DNA of 64,000 nucleotides, taken from Candidatus Buchananbacteria bacterium CG10_big_fil_rev_8_21_14_0_10_33_19. Lineage in GTDB: Bacteria; Patescibacteriota; Patescibacteriia; 2-01-FULL-39-33. The DNA lies in NCBI GenBank assembly GCA_002773855.1, contig PEZY01000012.1, positions 233,565-297,564 on the forward strand. Reading direction: 5' to 3'. Each line of letters opens with the position of its first letter. The first letter of the stretch is position 1. Shown one piece after another: positions 22,075 to 31,280 of the stretch. Position numbers and translations under genes: made by a program. The notes below the pieces were generated by a model. The model did not search any database, was not told where the DNA came from, and was given only the letters and a program-made list of their open reading frames with translations.

Positions 22075-22935
22075 ATGAAAAAAGTATTATCTATATTTTC
22101 CTTTAAATTATTTTTAATTATTGCTTTATTTTTTTTCTTAGTTTTTATTTATGCTAAATTAGGTTTTAATCATTGGCCCCTGGTAGAAGCTATTGATCGG
22201 CCGGTCTTAGAATCTGGTTGGAGTCAGCCAGTATCAGTGGGGATAAATACCGCTAGTTGGGAAAGTGGAGCCTATATATCTAGTGATGGTAATACTATTT
22301 ATTATTCTTTTTATCCTGGTAATCTAGTAAAAGATAGGGCCGATGGTAAAATTAAAACCGATTTGAATATTTATTATAGTGAAAAGCCTTTTAATAAATC
22401 TAAAGTACATACTCTATCAGAAGCTAAGTGGTTTGAGAACGGGGTAATGGTGGTTGGTAGTGATTTTTATTATGCCTCTGATCGTAATCACTTAGGTATT
22501 AATGACATTTATAAAAATGGTAGTTTGATAATTAATACGCCAAATCAATCTGAAAAAGATCCACATTATTGTGCTACCAGAGATGAATTATATTTTGATG
22601 TTGGGGGCGTAATTTATTATTTAACAGATAATCAGACAGTGGCTCTGACGGCAGCAGTTAATAATGGTGGTCAGAATATTCAGCCATTTTTAACCAAAGA
22701 CTGTGAACAACTTTATTTTGTGTCTAACAGGGGAGATGGTATTCATAAAATATTAAGGTCTAGCAGACTATCTAATAATTTATGGGGCGAGCCAGAACTG
22801 GTAGTGTCTAGTAAATATGGCGTAGAGAGTCCATCGCTCACTGATGATAATAAAACTTTATTTTTTGTTCAGATTTTAAAATCAGCTAAGGACGAATTGA
22901 ATGCGGATATATTGTATGTTATCAGAGAGGAATAA
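22075..22935 (+). CDS. Secreted protein with TolB-like (PD40) beta-propeller repeats
   Basis: N-terminal signal/TM. Repeated D-x-x-LYF/IYY blades (DGNTIYYSF, DELYFDV, CEQLYFVSNRGDG, DNKTLFFV). Confidence 0.4.
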   Translation: MKKVLSIFSFKLFLIIALFFFLVFIYAKLGFNHWPLVEAIDRPVLESGWSQPVSVGINTASWESGAYISSDGNTIYYSFYPGNLVKDRADGKIKTDLNIYYSEKPFNKSKVHTLSEAKWFENGVMVVGSDFYYASDRNHLGINDIYKNGSLIINTPNQSEKDPHYCATRDELYFDVGGVIYYLTDNQTVALTAAVNNGGQNIQPFLTKDCEQLYFVSNRGDGIHKILRSSRLSNNLWGEPELVVSSKYGVESPSLTDDNKTLFFVQILKSAKDELNADILYVIREE

Positions 22936-23098
22936 TTAATTTTAAAGTTAATTATTAAAAAAAGCGTGAATATTTCACACTTTTGTGTTTTGGTTGTTAA
23001 TATTTAAATTTTTTTGACAAAATATACTTTAATTACTATTCTTAATTGATAAATAGTACATTTTAACTAGTTAATCAGGGAAAACAGGAGGTTTGATA

Positions 23099-23365
23099 AT
23101 GGCCGTGGAAAATTGGGTAGCCTTTTATTTTGATGGCAATCAAGCCTGGGGATTTATTAATTCACCACAGGATTGGTTGGATAAGATTATTATTCCTTAT
23201 GAAAGAGAATCTAGCACAGATATGTTGCTAAGGGCTTGTCGAGGACCAAATAACCGGAAGAATGCTCCATTTTTTGGTTTTGTGGTAGAATGTAAGGGTA
23301 TTAGTTTGGGGCAGTGGGCCAAAGAAAATGGTATGAATTTACCATTGACTAGTTCTAAAACATAG
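23099..23365 (+). CDS. Hypothetical small protein
   Basis: Strong SD (AGGAGG) 8 nt upstream of ATG 23099. Terminator downstream. Confidence 0.4.
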   Translation: MAVENWVAFYFDGNQAWGFINSPQDWLDKIIIPYERESSTDMLLRACRGPNNRKNAPFFGFVVECKGISLGQWAKENGMNLPLTSSKT

Positions 23366-23378
23366 ATAAAATATAACT

Positions 23379-23416
23379 TAACCGCTGGATAGTGTAATGC
23401 TACGGCGGTTTTTTGT
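23379..23416 (+). terminator. Rho-independent terminator
   Basis: aaccgc..gcggtt stem followed by tttttt. Confidence 0.6.
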
Positions 23417-23432
23417 TGGTCTAGTAATAGTC

Positions 23433-23461
23433 TTGACAGGATACGATAATGGAGTTATATT
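23433..23461 (+). promoter_or_regulatory. Sigma70-type promoter of the hrcA-grpE-dnaK operon
   Basis: TTGACA, 17-nt spacer, TATATT. Confidence 0.7.
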
Positions 23462-23465
23462 GTAA

Positions 23466-23492
23466 TTAGCACTCTACCTTACTGAGTGCCAA
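23466..23492 (+). promoter_or_regulatory. CIRCE operator (HrcA binding site)
   Basis: TTAGCACTC-N9-GAGTGCCAA, one mismatch from the consensus TTAGCACTC-N9-GAGTGCTAA. Lies between the promoter and hrcA. Confidence 0.85.
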
Positions 23493-23505
23493 ATAAGGTA
23501 GACCA

Positions 23506-24198
23506 ATGAACTCTAATGAAAGACAAAGTAATTTATTAAAAATAGTTATAGAAGAGTATGTGGATTCGGCGAGTCCGGTTGCTTCTAGTCTTATTGTTAG
23601 TAAATACTTTAAAGATCTAAGCTCAGCTACTATCAGAAATGATATGGCCGAATTAGAAAAGCAGGGTTTAATTGCTCAACCGCATACTTCAGCCGGTAGA
23701 ATTCCGACTGTTTCTGGCTACCGTGAATATTTAAATGGTTTATCAACTGGCAATAATCTGACCAAAAGTGAGATGAACAAATTGGCCAGAGTAGAATCAG
23801 AAAATTTAAAAACTAGAACTAAAAATATTGCTAGAATGATTGCCAAAATTTCTGACAGCGCAGTCTTTGTAAGTTTTGGTGAGGATGAATTTTTCTATAC
23901 CGGTATTTCTAATTTGTTTAGTCAGCCAGAGTTTGCAGAAATGGATTATTTACACACCATGTCTGAGGCCATTGATCATATGGATGAAGCTATTAAATTA
24001 ATGTCTGGACAGTTAGAGGTGGGAGAAATTCAAACCTTAATTGGTCAAGATAATCCTTTTGGCTCGGTCACTTCAGTAGTTGTTTCCAAATGTGAAATAG
24101 ATGGTCAGATCAGTTTAATTGGCATCTTAGGCCCTAATCGTATGGATTATCGCAAATGCTTGGGCTTGGTGGAATACTTTAGTAAATTACTTTCATAA
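23506..24198 (+). CDS. hrcA: Heat-inducible transcription repressor HrcA (short form)
   Basis: N-terminal winged helix (RQ..LL..IVEEY....PV.S..L), position upstream of grpE-dnaK with CIRCE. Confidence 0.85.
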   Translation: MNSNERQSNLLKIVIEEYVDSASPVASSLIVSKYFKDLSSATIRNDMAELEKQGLIAQPHTSAGRIPTVSGYREYLNGLSTGNNLTKSEMNKLARVESENLKTRTKNIARMIAKISDSAVFVSFGEDEFFYTGISNLFSQPEFAEMDYLHTMSEAIDHMDEAIKLMSGQLEVGEIQTLIGQDNPFGSVTSVVVSKCEIDGQISLIGILGPNRMDYRKCLGLVEYFSKLLS

Positions 24199-24221
24199 AA
24201 AGAATAATAAAATATATTTAC

Positions 24222-24716
24222 ATGAGCGAAGAAAAAGATTTAGAGGTTGGAGATATTCAATCTCTACATGATGAATTAGAGACTACAAAAATTAAAGCAG
24301 CTGAAAATTTAGCTGGCTGGCAAAGAGCTCAAGCTGATTATGCTAATTTTAAAAAAGAAACCGAAGATAGACGCAAAGACGTAGTAGAATTTGCCAACGC
24401 GGCCTTTATGTCGGAGGTTTTACCGATTTATAATAATTTCAAATTAGCCTTAGGACATATTCCAGAGGATCAGTTGAAATTGGATTGGGTAATTGGCTTG
24501 GAACATATTAAAAAACAATTTCAAGAATTTTTGAAAAAATATAAGATTGAAGAAATAAAAACTGTGGGTGAAAAGTTTAATCATAATTGTCATGAGGCAG
24601 TAGCCCATGAAGATAATGACAAGTACGAAAGTGATATGGTTTTTGCTGAAGTTCAACCGGGCTATACTTTGAATGGTAAAATTTTAATGCCAGCTAAAGT
24701 GAAAGTGAGTAAATAA
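24222..24716 (+). CDS. grpE: Nucleotide exchange factor GrpE
   Basis: Coiled-coil N-terminus (RAQADYANFKKETE) and C-terminal beta domain (GYTLNGKILMPAKV). Confidence 0.9.
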   Translation: MSEEKDLEVGDIQSLHDELETTKIKAAENLAGWQRAQADYANFKKETEDRRKDVVEFANAAFMSEVLPIYNNFKLALGHIPEDQLKLDWVIGLEHIKKQFQEFLKKYKIEEIKTVGEKFNHNCHEAVAHEDNDKYESDMVFAEVQPGYTLNGKILMPAKVKVSK

Positions 24717-24762
24717 AATTATTATAAAGATAATATAAACATAAAAAATAAATTATAAAAAT

Positions 24763-26691
24763 ATGGGAAAGATTTTAGGTATCGACTTAGGTACAACTAA
24801 TAGTGCTATGGCTATTATGGAGGGCGGACAGCCAAAAATTTTAGAGAACAGCGAAGGGGCTAGAACTACACCTTCAATGATTGCAGCAACTAAATCGGGA
24901 GAGAGATTGGTTGGTGTATCGGCTAAAAGACAGGCTGTGACTAATCCGGCCAACACTTTATTTTCTGTTAAAAGATTAATTGGTCGTAAATGGTCTGATG
25001 AGGATGTTCAAAAAGATTTAAAATCTTTGTCTTTTGAGGTTAAAAAATCAGGCGATGGTTTAAAGGTGGTAATGGGTGATAAAGAATACAGTCCTCAGGA
25101 AATTTCAGCGATGGTTTTACAGAAATTAAAAGCTGATGCCGAGGCTAAAACTGGTGAAACAATTACCGAAGCGGTGATCACCGTGCCAGCTTACTTTGAT
25201 GATAGTCAAAGACAGGCCACTAAGGACGCTGGTGAAATTGCTGGCTTGAATGTCAGACGAATTATTAACGAGCCAACTGCGGCGGCTTTAGCCTATGGTT
25301 TTGAAAAGAAAAAAGGTCAACAAATTGCCGTCTATGACTTGGGTGGCGGTACTTTTGATATTTCTATTTTGGATGTAGCGGCTGATACAGTCGAAGTAAA
25401 GTCGACTAATGGTGATACTCATTTAGGCGGTGATGATTTTGATCAGGCGATTATGAATTATATTTTAGATGAATTTAAAAAGCAAGAAGGTGTAGATTTA
25501 TCTAAAGATCAAACATCTTTACAACGAGTCAAAGAAGCAGCGGAAAAAGTAAAAATAGAACTTTCTACTCAAATGGAGTCAGAAATTAATCAACCATTTA
25601 TTACTCAAGGTGCTGATGGTTCACCTAAACATTTAACCATGAGAATTACTAGATCACAGTTGGAAGGTTTGGTAGGTGATTTGGTGGAAAGAACTTTTGA
25701 ACCAGTTAAAAAATCTTTAGCTGATGCTGGTCTATCAACTACTGACATTGAGGAAATTATTTTAGTTGGTGGTATGACCAGAATGCCTTTGGTGCAGAAA
25801 AAAGTTGAAGAATTTTTTGGCAAAAAACCAAATGTCAGTGTTAATCCAGATGAGGTGGTGGCTTTAGGTGCCGCTGTTCAGGCTGGTGTCTTACAAGGTG
25901 ATGTTAAAGATGTGTTACTACTAGATGTTACCCCATTAACTTTGGGTATTGAAACTATGGGCAGTGTTTCTACTCCACTTATCGAAAGAAACACCACTAT
26001 CCCAACATCTAAATCACAAATCTTTTCTACTGCCGCTGATAATCAACCAGGTGTAGAAATTCATGTTTTGCAAGGTGAACGACCAATGGCTTCTGACAAT
26101 AAATCACTGGGTAAATTTATGTTAGATGGTATTCCGCCAGCCCCAAGAGGTGTGCCACAAATTGAAGTAACATTTGATATTGATGCTAATGGTATTTTGA
26201 ATGTTAAGGCGCTAGACAAGGCCTCTGGACGAGAACAAAAAATAACTATTACTGCTTCTAGTGGTTTATCTAAAGAAGAAATTGAAAAAATGAAGAATGA
26301 CGCTGAAGCTCACGCTGATGAAGATAAGGCTAAAAAAGAAGTGATTGATTTAAAAAATCAAGCCGAAAGTTTAATATTTACTACCGAAAAAACTTTAAAA
26401 GATGCTGGTGATAAGGTTGATGCAGAGACTAGAAAATTGGTAATGGATAAAGTAGAAGATCTTAAAAAAGCTAAGGATGGTACTGATAAAGATTTAATCC
26501 AAAAGACTTATGATGCTCTGTCAGAAGAAATTCAAAAAGTAGGTACTAAAATGTATGAGCAACCACCAGCAGCTGGTGGCGAGTCACAAGCTGATAGTTC
26601 AACAGAAAATAAAACTGAAGGTGAAGCTAAAACAGAAGAACCAGTCGAAGGTGAATTTGAGGAAGTAAAAAAAGAAGAAGAGCAAAAATAA
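24763..26691 (+). CDS. dnaK: Chaperone DnaK (Hsp70)
   Basis: [26 protein letters not shown] and substrate-binding domain. 642 aa. Confidence 0.97.
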   Translation: MGKILGIDLGTTNSAMAIMEGGQPKILENSEGARTTPSMIAATKSGERLVGVSAKRQAVTNPANTLFSVKRLIGRKWSDEDVQKDLKSLSFEVKKSGDGLKVVMGDKEYSPQEISAMVLQKLKADAEAKTGETITEAVITVPAYFDDSQRQATKDAGEIAGLNVRRIINEPTAAALAYGFEKKKGQQIAVYDLGGGTFDISILDVAADTVEVKSTNGDTHLGGDDFDQAIMNYILDEFKKQEGVDLSKDQTSLQRVKEAAEKVKIELSTQMESEINQPFITQGADGSPKHLTMRITRSQLEGLVGDLVERTFEPVKKSLADAGLSTTDIEEIILVGGMTRMPLVQKKVEEFFGKKPNVSVNPDEVVALGAAVQAGVLQGDVKDVLLLDVTPLTLGIETMGSVSTPLIERNTTIPTSKSQIFSTAADNQPGVEIHVLQGERPMASDNKSLGKFMLDGIPPAPRGVPQIEVTFDIDANGILNVKALDKASGREQKITITASSGLSKEEIEKMKNDAEAHADEDKAKKEVIDLKNQAESLIFTTEKTLKDAGDKVDAETRKLVMDKVEDLKKAKDGTDKDLIQKTYDALSEEIQKVGTKMYEQPPAAGGESQADSSTENKTEGEAKTEEPVEGEFEEVKKEEEQK

Positions 26692-26947
26692 TATTTTTGT
26701 AATCAGCTCCCATTTGGGAGTTGGTATAAGGATGTTAGTTAGACAATAAAAAAGCCACATCTTTCGATATGGCAAAATAATCTATTTTTGATTAGTTTAA
26801 TTTCGATTAGTAATAATTATCAGCAATAGTCCAATTGTAAAGCCTATTATAATGTCTATTTCCCTGTCCTCCATGGTTTGACTAAATCATTTATAACATG
26901 TATAATCAAATTTGTCAATATAATTAATTTTAAAGTAATATAGTAGT

Positions 26948-27247
26948 ATGGAAAATGAACAACAACCAACGGCTAATAATCAACAACAAATTCAAATCAA
27001 AGACGGCTTTGCTGGTGGTGAATATGCCAATGGAATGCAAGTAACCCATACTAAAGAAGAATTTTTAATCACCTTTTTGAATATTATCCCGCCTAGCGGC
27101 CGAGTGACTGGTAAAATAATTTCTAGTCCGGGGCATATCAAGCGAATGATCAGTGCTTTGGCTGATAATTTGAAAAAGTATGAAGAAAAATTTGGACCAG
27201 TAGAAACAGCAGAGAGCCCCAAGGATAAAATTGGTTTTCAAGCTTAG
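26948..27247 (+). CDS. Small hypothetical protein (DUF3467-like?)
   Basis: 99 aa with ..YANG.QV.HT.EEF.I.F.. pattern reminiscent of DUF3467. Family from memory. Confidence 0.4.
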   Translation: MENEQQPTANNQQQIQIKDGFAGGEYANGMQVTHTKEEFLITFLNIIPPSGRVTGKIISSPGHIKRMISALADNLKKYEEKFGPVETAESPKDKIGFQA

Positions 27248-27288
27248 TAGGATTTAAGAGCACATTATAAACAACAGAGGAAATAACC

Positions 27289-27705
27289 ATGGGATTTGTA
27301 CTTAAGCCTGAGCAAATTTTTGGTGACGCTGGTACTTCTTCGAAACACAAGACTTTTAAATTATTAGAATTATCTTTGGCTGAAGCTGATGCTTTTCAAG
27401 ATAATTGGTTAAGTCGAATTAAATTTAATTGCGGTTTAGAGAAGACAGAATTAACCGCTAGAGATTTAATTGTGGGTAGAATTTTTATTGTTATTTATGA
27501 CTCTGGTAAAATTGATCGATTTGAAATTATAAAAAATCGGAAGTTAAAATTTTTTTTGAAAAAAGACGAATATTTGGTTTGTGATTTTACCGGTGATTTA
27601 TTTATTGGTGGTCGTGTTATTTTGGAAGAGTTTAACCCCAGAAAAGAAAGTCGATTGAGAATGCCCAAAGGCAGAATTAAAAGAATAATTTTGATTTATA
27701 ATTAG
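27289..27705 (+). CDS. Hypothetical protein
   Basis: 138 aa, upstream RBS AGAGGAAA. Confidence 0.4.
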   Translation: MGFVLKPEQIFGDAGTSSKHKTFKLLELSLAEADAFQDNWLSRIKFNCGLEKTELTARDLIVGRIFIVIYDSGKIDRFEIIKNRKLKFFLKKDEYLVCDFTGDLFIGGRVILEEFNPRKESRLRMPKGRIKRIILIYN

Positions 27706-27776
27706 AAATTAGATGACACAAATGGGAGTTACAATTGCTCTCATTTTTTATAAAAAATATTGAATAAATATATAAA

Positions 27777-28862
27777 ATGGCAAAAGATTATTACGAAACC
27801 TTGGGAGTTAAAAAAAATGCCTCTCAAGATGAGATTAAAAAAGCTTTTAGAAAATTAGCTCACGAACATCACCCAGACAAAGAGAGTGGCAATAATGATA
27901 AGTTTAAAGAAATAAACGAAGCTTATCAGACTGTTGGTAATGAGCAAAAAAGAAAACAGTATGATCAGTTTGGGGCAGCCGGTGGTGCTGGTGGCGCTAA
28001 CTATCAGGATTTTGCTCGGTCACAGGGCGGTAATCCTTTTGGTGGCTTTTCTCAGGGTGGTGTGAATTTTGATTTTGGTGATATGGGTGATTTGGGTGAT
28101 GTTTTTGGTAGCTTTTTTGGTGGTGGTAGATCTGAAAGTAGACAGGCTCGAGGCGCTGATATTGAAACCGAATTAAATATTTCTTTTGAGGAATCAGTGT
28201 TTGGAGTGGAAAAAGATATTCAGTTGTCCAAAAAAATAACTTGTCATCATTGTCAAGGTAATGGGGCTGAGCCTGGTTCTAAGATTAGTGATTGTGTTAA
28301 TTGTCATGGTACTGGTAAAATATCTTCGGTTCAACAAACAATTTTGGGCGCTTTTCAATCACAGCGCATATGTCCAACTTGCCAAGGTGATGGTAAAAAG
28401 TATGATAAGAAATGTAAGGTGTGTAGTGGGGCTGGTGTAGAATATGGTAGCGAAAAAATGAAGGTAGTGATCCCTGCTGGTATTGAGAACGGTCAGCAGA
28501 TTAGATTATCAGGTAAAGGTGAGGCTAATCCAAAGGGCGTGGCTGGCGATTTGTATATTAATATTCGAGTTGCTAAAAATCCAAAGTTTCAACGAGTGGG
28601 CGATGATATTAAAAGTGATTATCATATTTCTGTTAACCAAGCGATCTTTGGCGATAAGATAGAGGTGGAAACAGTTGACGGCCTAGTGACTCTAAAGATT
28701 CCTGCTGGTACTCAAAGCCATACAACATTTAAATTGGCGGATAAGGGTGTGCCTCATTTGCGGTCGCGGGGCCGCGGTGATCAGTATGTCTTGGTAATTG
28801 TTGATATCCCTAAAAATTTAAATCGCCAGCAAAGAAAGTTGTTAGAAGAAATTAGTATTTAA
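27777..28862 (+). CDS. dnaJ: Chaperone DnaJ
   Basis: J domain (HPD), G/F-rich linker, four CxxCxGxG zinc-finger repeats, C-terminal domains. Confidence 0.95.
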   Translation: MAKDYYETLGVKKNASQDEIKKAFRKLAHEHHPDKESGNNDKFKEINEAYQTVGNEQKRKQYDQFGAAGGAGGANYQDFARSQGGNPFGGFSQGGVNFDFGDMGDLGDVFGSFFGGGRSESRQARGADIETELNISFEESVFGVEKDIQLSKKITCHHCQGNGAEPGSKISDCVNCHGTGKISSVQQTILGAFQSQRICPTCQGDGKKYDKKCKVCSGAGVEYGSEKMKVVIPAGIENGQQIRLSGKGEANPKGVAGDLYINIRVAKNPKFQRVGDDIKSDYHISVNQAIFGDKIEVETVDGLVTLKIPAGTQSHTTFKLADKGVPHLRSRGRGDQYVLVIVDIPKNLNRQQRKLLEEISI

Positions 28863-28864
28863 AT

Positions 28865-29410
28865 ATGTATTTATTAATCCTTTTAATTATTCTGATTATT
28901 ACCATTGTTACTTTGGTAATGATGTTGTCTATTGTTTGGGGGTTAATTGTAACTGGCGGCGTGCCTTTTATTTCGACTAATAAAAAAGATTTTCAGGCGA
29001 TACTAGAGGCGGTTAATTTAAAGCCCAGTGAAACTATTTATGATTTGGGTTGTGGTAAAGCTCATTTGTTAATTTATGCTAACAAGCATTTTAACAGTAA
29101 GGGGATTGGCTATGAGTTAACGCTGTGGCCATATTTGTGGGCAAAATTTAAAATTTATCTAACCAAAGCTAAAGTAAAAGTTTTTAGAACTAATTTTTTT
29201 GGCGCTAATTTGTCTGGAGCGGATGTGGTGTTTTGTTATTTGTTTCCTGAGGTGATGGCGAAATTAGAACCGAAGTTTGAAGCTGAGCTTAAAAGTGGTA
29301 GTCGGGTGGTGTCTTATGGATTTAGGTTACCTAATAAAAAAGTTAACAGGGAAGTGATAACCAATGATGATAATGTAGAGCTGGGAAAAATTTATGTTTA
29401 TGAATATTGA
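28865..29410 (+). CDS. Class I SAM-dependent methyltransferase
   Basis: YDLGCGKAHLL motif I. 181 aa with an N-terminal TM helix. Confidence 0.6.
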   Translation: MYLLILLIILIITIVTLVMMLSIVWGLIVTGGVPFISTNKKDFQAILEAVNLKPSETIYDLGCGKAHLLIYANKHFNSKGIGYELTLWPYLWAKFKIYLTKAKVKVFRTNFFGANLSGADVVFCYLFPEVMAKLEPKFEAELKSGSRVVSYGFRLPNKKVNREVITNDDNVELGKIYVYEY

Positions 29411-29448
29411 TTAAGTGTAAAATTTATTGTAGAGTGGTAATTAAATAT

Positions 29449-29573
29449 GGCCCTATCGTCTAACGGGTCGAGTGAAACGAGACGGGTGGCAATGAGCCAA
29501 GCGAAAAGCGCAGGCGAGATGCCGACGGAAGCGAGCGAGCGCAGCTTCTGGCGCCACCCTGGGGAGGACGTCG
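29449..29573 (+). other. Disrupted partial copy of the tRNA-Glu 5' region with a ~100-nt GC-rich insert
   Basis: 29449-29466 is identical to tRNA nt 1-18. 29565-29573 (aggacgtcg) matches tRNA nt 21-29. The ~62% GC segment between them (29467-29562) is atypical of this genome. Confidence 0.5.
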
Positions 29574-29600
29574 GTTGATTGGTTAAAATAAAATAAATAT

Positions 29601-29672
29601 GGCCCTATCGTCTAACGGTTAGGACGTCGCCTTCTCAAGGCAAAAATCGGGGTTCGATTCCCCGTGGGGCTA
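29601..29672 (+). tRNA. tRNA-Glu (anticodon CTC)
   Basis: Hand-folded cloverleaf: acceptor GGCCCTA/TGGGGCT (two G-U pairs), D-arm GTCTAACGGTTAGGAC, anticodon loop TTCTCAA, T-arm CGGGG-TTCGATT-CCCCG. 72 nt, no encoded CCA, one C-A mismatch in the anticodon stem. Confidence 0.75.
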
Positions 29673-29676
29673 CTAG

Positions 29677-29715
29677 TAAAACAAAAGAGCGAACATAAAG
29701 TTCGCTCTTTTGTTT
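29677..29715. terminator. Perfect 17-bp inverted repeat (bidirectional terminator) after the tRNA
   Basis: aaaacaaaagagcgaac-ataaa-gttcgctcttttgtttt. Confidence 0.7.
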
Positions 29716-29868
29716 TATAAATATCCACTGGGAATCAAACCAGTAGCGAGAGAGCAAGAAGTGAGCGGGAACGCTAACGCCGAAGCGAACGACAAATGAT
29801 GCGACGGCTAATAAAATAAAAAACCGTCTCTATGACACTTGGTAAGTTCATAAAAGACGGAATTAATA

Positions 29869-30381
29869 TTACGGTTTGATAATATTGACTGTATGAGGAA
29901 ATTTGAAAAAGTCTTGATCATTAGGCCAATCTTCAACTTTCATCTCTCCAGATTCCAGCATTTCCATTACAAAATATAATGACGGCAAATAAACGGCTAG
30001 AGCCAAGAAAAGAATGGTGGCTTGAATATGATTATCAATATTATGAGGAGAATACGAGTGGCCACGATCGTCAACTCCAATAGAACAATCATCGCCTTCA
30101 CATTGAAAGTAGGCCCCGCTTTGTAGCCAAATAATTTTGAGGTGTTGTCTGCTATTAGTTATATGAGGCATTGCTACTGATTTAATTTTTTCAAAGATCC
30201 TGACTCTAAATTTTTCGTTGCTAGAAATATGCGGATACCACTTTTGATAATAATTATCCTGCAAGCGTGCGGCGACTAGCCAACCTCTTTCCATTTTGCT
30301 GATAACTGGCAGGTAATCTTCAAATTTGTTAAAAGCATAATTATCAACTATGGCTCGTGATATTGGATTTTTTACCATCAC
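29869..30381 (-). CDS. Hypothetical protein
   Basis: 170 aa, Cys/His-containing. Downstream hairpin plus T-run terminator at ~29817-29860 on the minus strand. Confidence 0.4.
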   Translation of the reverse strand: MMVKNPISRAIVDNYAFNKFEDYLPVISKMERGWLVAARLQDNYYQKWYPHISSNEKFRVRIFEKIKSVAMPHITNSRQHLKIIWLQSGAYFQCEGDDCSIGVDDRGHSYSPHNIDNHIQATILFLALAVYLPSLYFVMEMLESGEMKVEDWPNDQDFFKFPHTVNIIKP

Positions 30382-30571
30382 TTGGTTCTCCTTTTTAAAA
30401 GTGCGAAGTGTTTATGTGTCATTTTAATTAATTGCCATTGTTTTGTCAATTGGGGTTTATTAAATGATCTCAAGCGAAAAATATCTAATTGATTCTATAT
30501 TGTTGGTAATCTCTGCTATAATAAAGAAATATATATTTAAATATATATTTAAATATTAATTTCCTAAAATC

Positions 30572-30745
30572 ATGGCTCGCAGAAAATTAGAAGATAAAAA
30601 TATCAGAAAAATAAATAAATTAGGTGTTAGCTACGCTGTTACAATTCCCATCGAAATCATGCGGGAGTTTAAATGGAAAGAAAAACAAAAAGTGGTAGTT
30701 AAAAAACGAGGTAATAGTCTAATTATTTCTGATTGGAAAAAGTAA
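30572..30745 (+). CDS. Small AbrB/MazE/SpoVT-like (swapped-hairpin) DNA-binding protein, 57 aa, not in the ORF track
   Basis: Translation MARRKLEDKNIRKINKLGVSYAVTIPIEIMREFKWKEKQKVVVKKRGNSLIISDWKK fits the G-x-VTIPxEIR-x-L-G-D-V-I pattern. Stop 1 nt before the rlmH ATG. Confidence 0.5.
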   Translation: MARRKLEDKNIRKINKLGVSYAVTIPIEIMREFKWKEKQKVVVKKRGNSLIISDWKK

Positions 30746-30746
30746 T

Positions 30747-31211
30747 ATGCTTAACATCACACTACTAACGATTGGTAAAATAAAAGATAAATCTATTAAT
30801 GATTTAATTTTAGAATACCTAAAAAGACTTAAACCTTACGCCAAAATAAATATTGAAGAATTAAAATCCGAATCGTTTAAGGTGGATAATAAAAATAAAG
30901 CCAAAGAGGTCGAAGGGGAGAGAATATTAAATTATTTAAAAAAATATCCGGACAGCCAAGTAATTCTTTTAACAGAAAATGGGAAGACTTTTGATTCTGT
31001 AGAATTCTCTGATTTTATAAACAACGAAAACACCCATTTTATTTTTGTCATCGCTGGCTCACTGGGATTTTCCAAAGCGGTAGAAAATAAAATTAAAACT
31101 AGTTTATCGCTCTCTAAAATGACCTTCACCCACGAAATGGCTAGATTGATTTTGTTAGAGCAGATATACCGGGCTATTACTATTCATAAAAAGAAAGAAT
31201 ATCATTATTAA
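30747..31211 (+). CDS. rlmH: 23S rRNA (pseudouridine1915-N3)-methyltransferase RlmH
   Basis: 154 aa SPOUT protein. C-terminal ..AGS.G.S......LS..TF.H...RL.L.EQ.YRA..I pattern. Confidence 0.8.
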   Translation: MLNITLLTIGKIKDKSINDLILEYLKRLKPYAKINIEELKSESFKVDNKNKAKEVEGERILNYLKKYPDSQVILLTENGKTFDSVEFSDFINNENTHFIFVIAGSLGFSKAVENKIKTSLSLSKMTFTHEMARLILLEQIYRAITIHKKKEYHY

Positions 31212-31280
31212 TAGTCAATAAAAAACTAGAAATATTACTTCTAGTTTTTTATTTGTTTCAAATATGTTAAAATAGTTTAT

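Noticed and set aside
29449-29866. GC-rich segments around the tRNA considered as tmRNA, RNase P RNA or SRP RNA
   Set aside because: No tRNA-Ala-like acceptor/T-arm pair with a tag reading frame, no P4 GGAAAGUCCGG-type motif, and no SRP domain-IV GGAA/AGCAG motif could be found by eye. Left as an unassigned candidate RNA.
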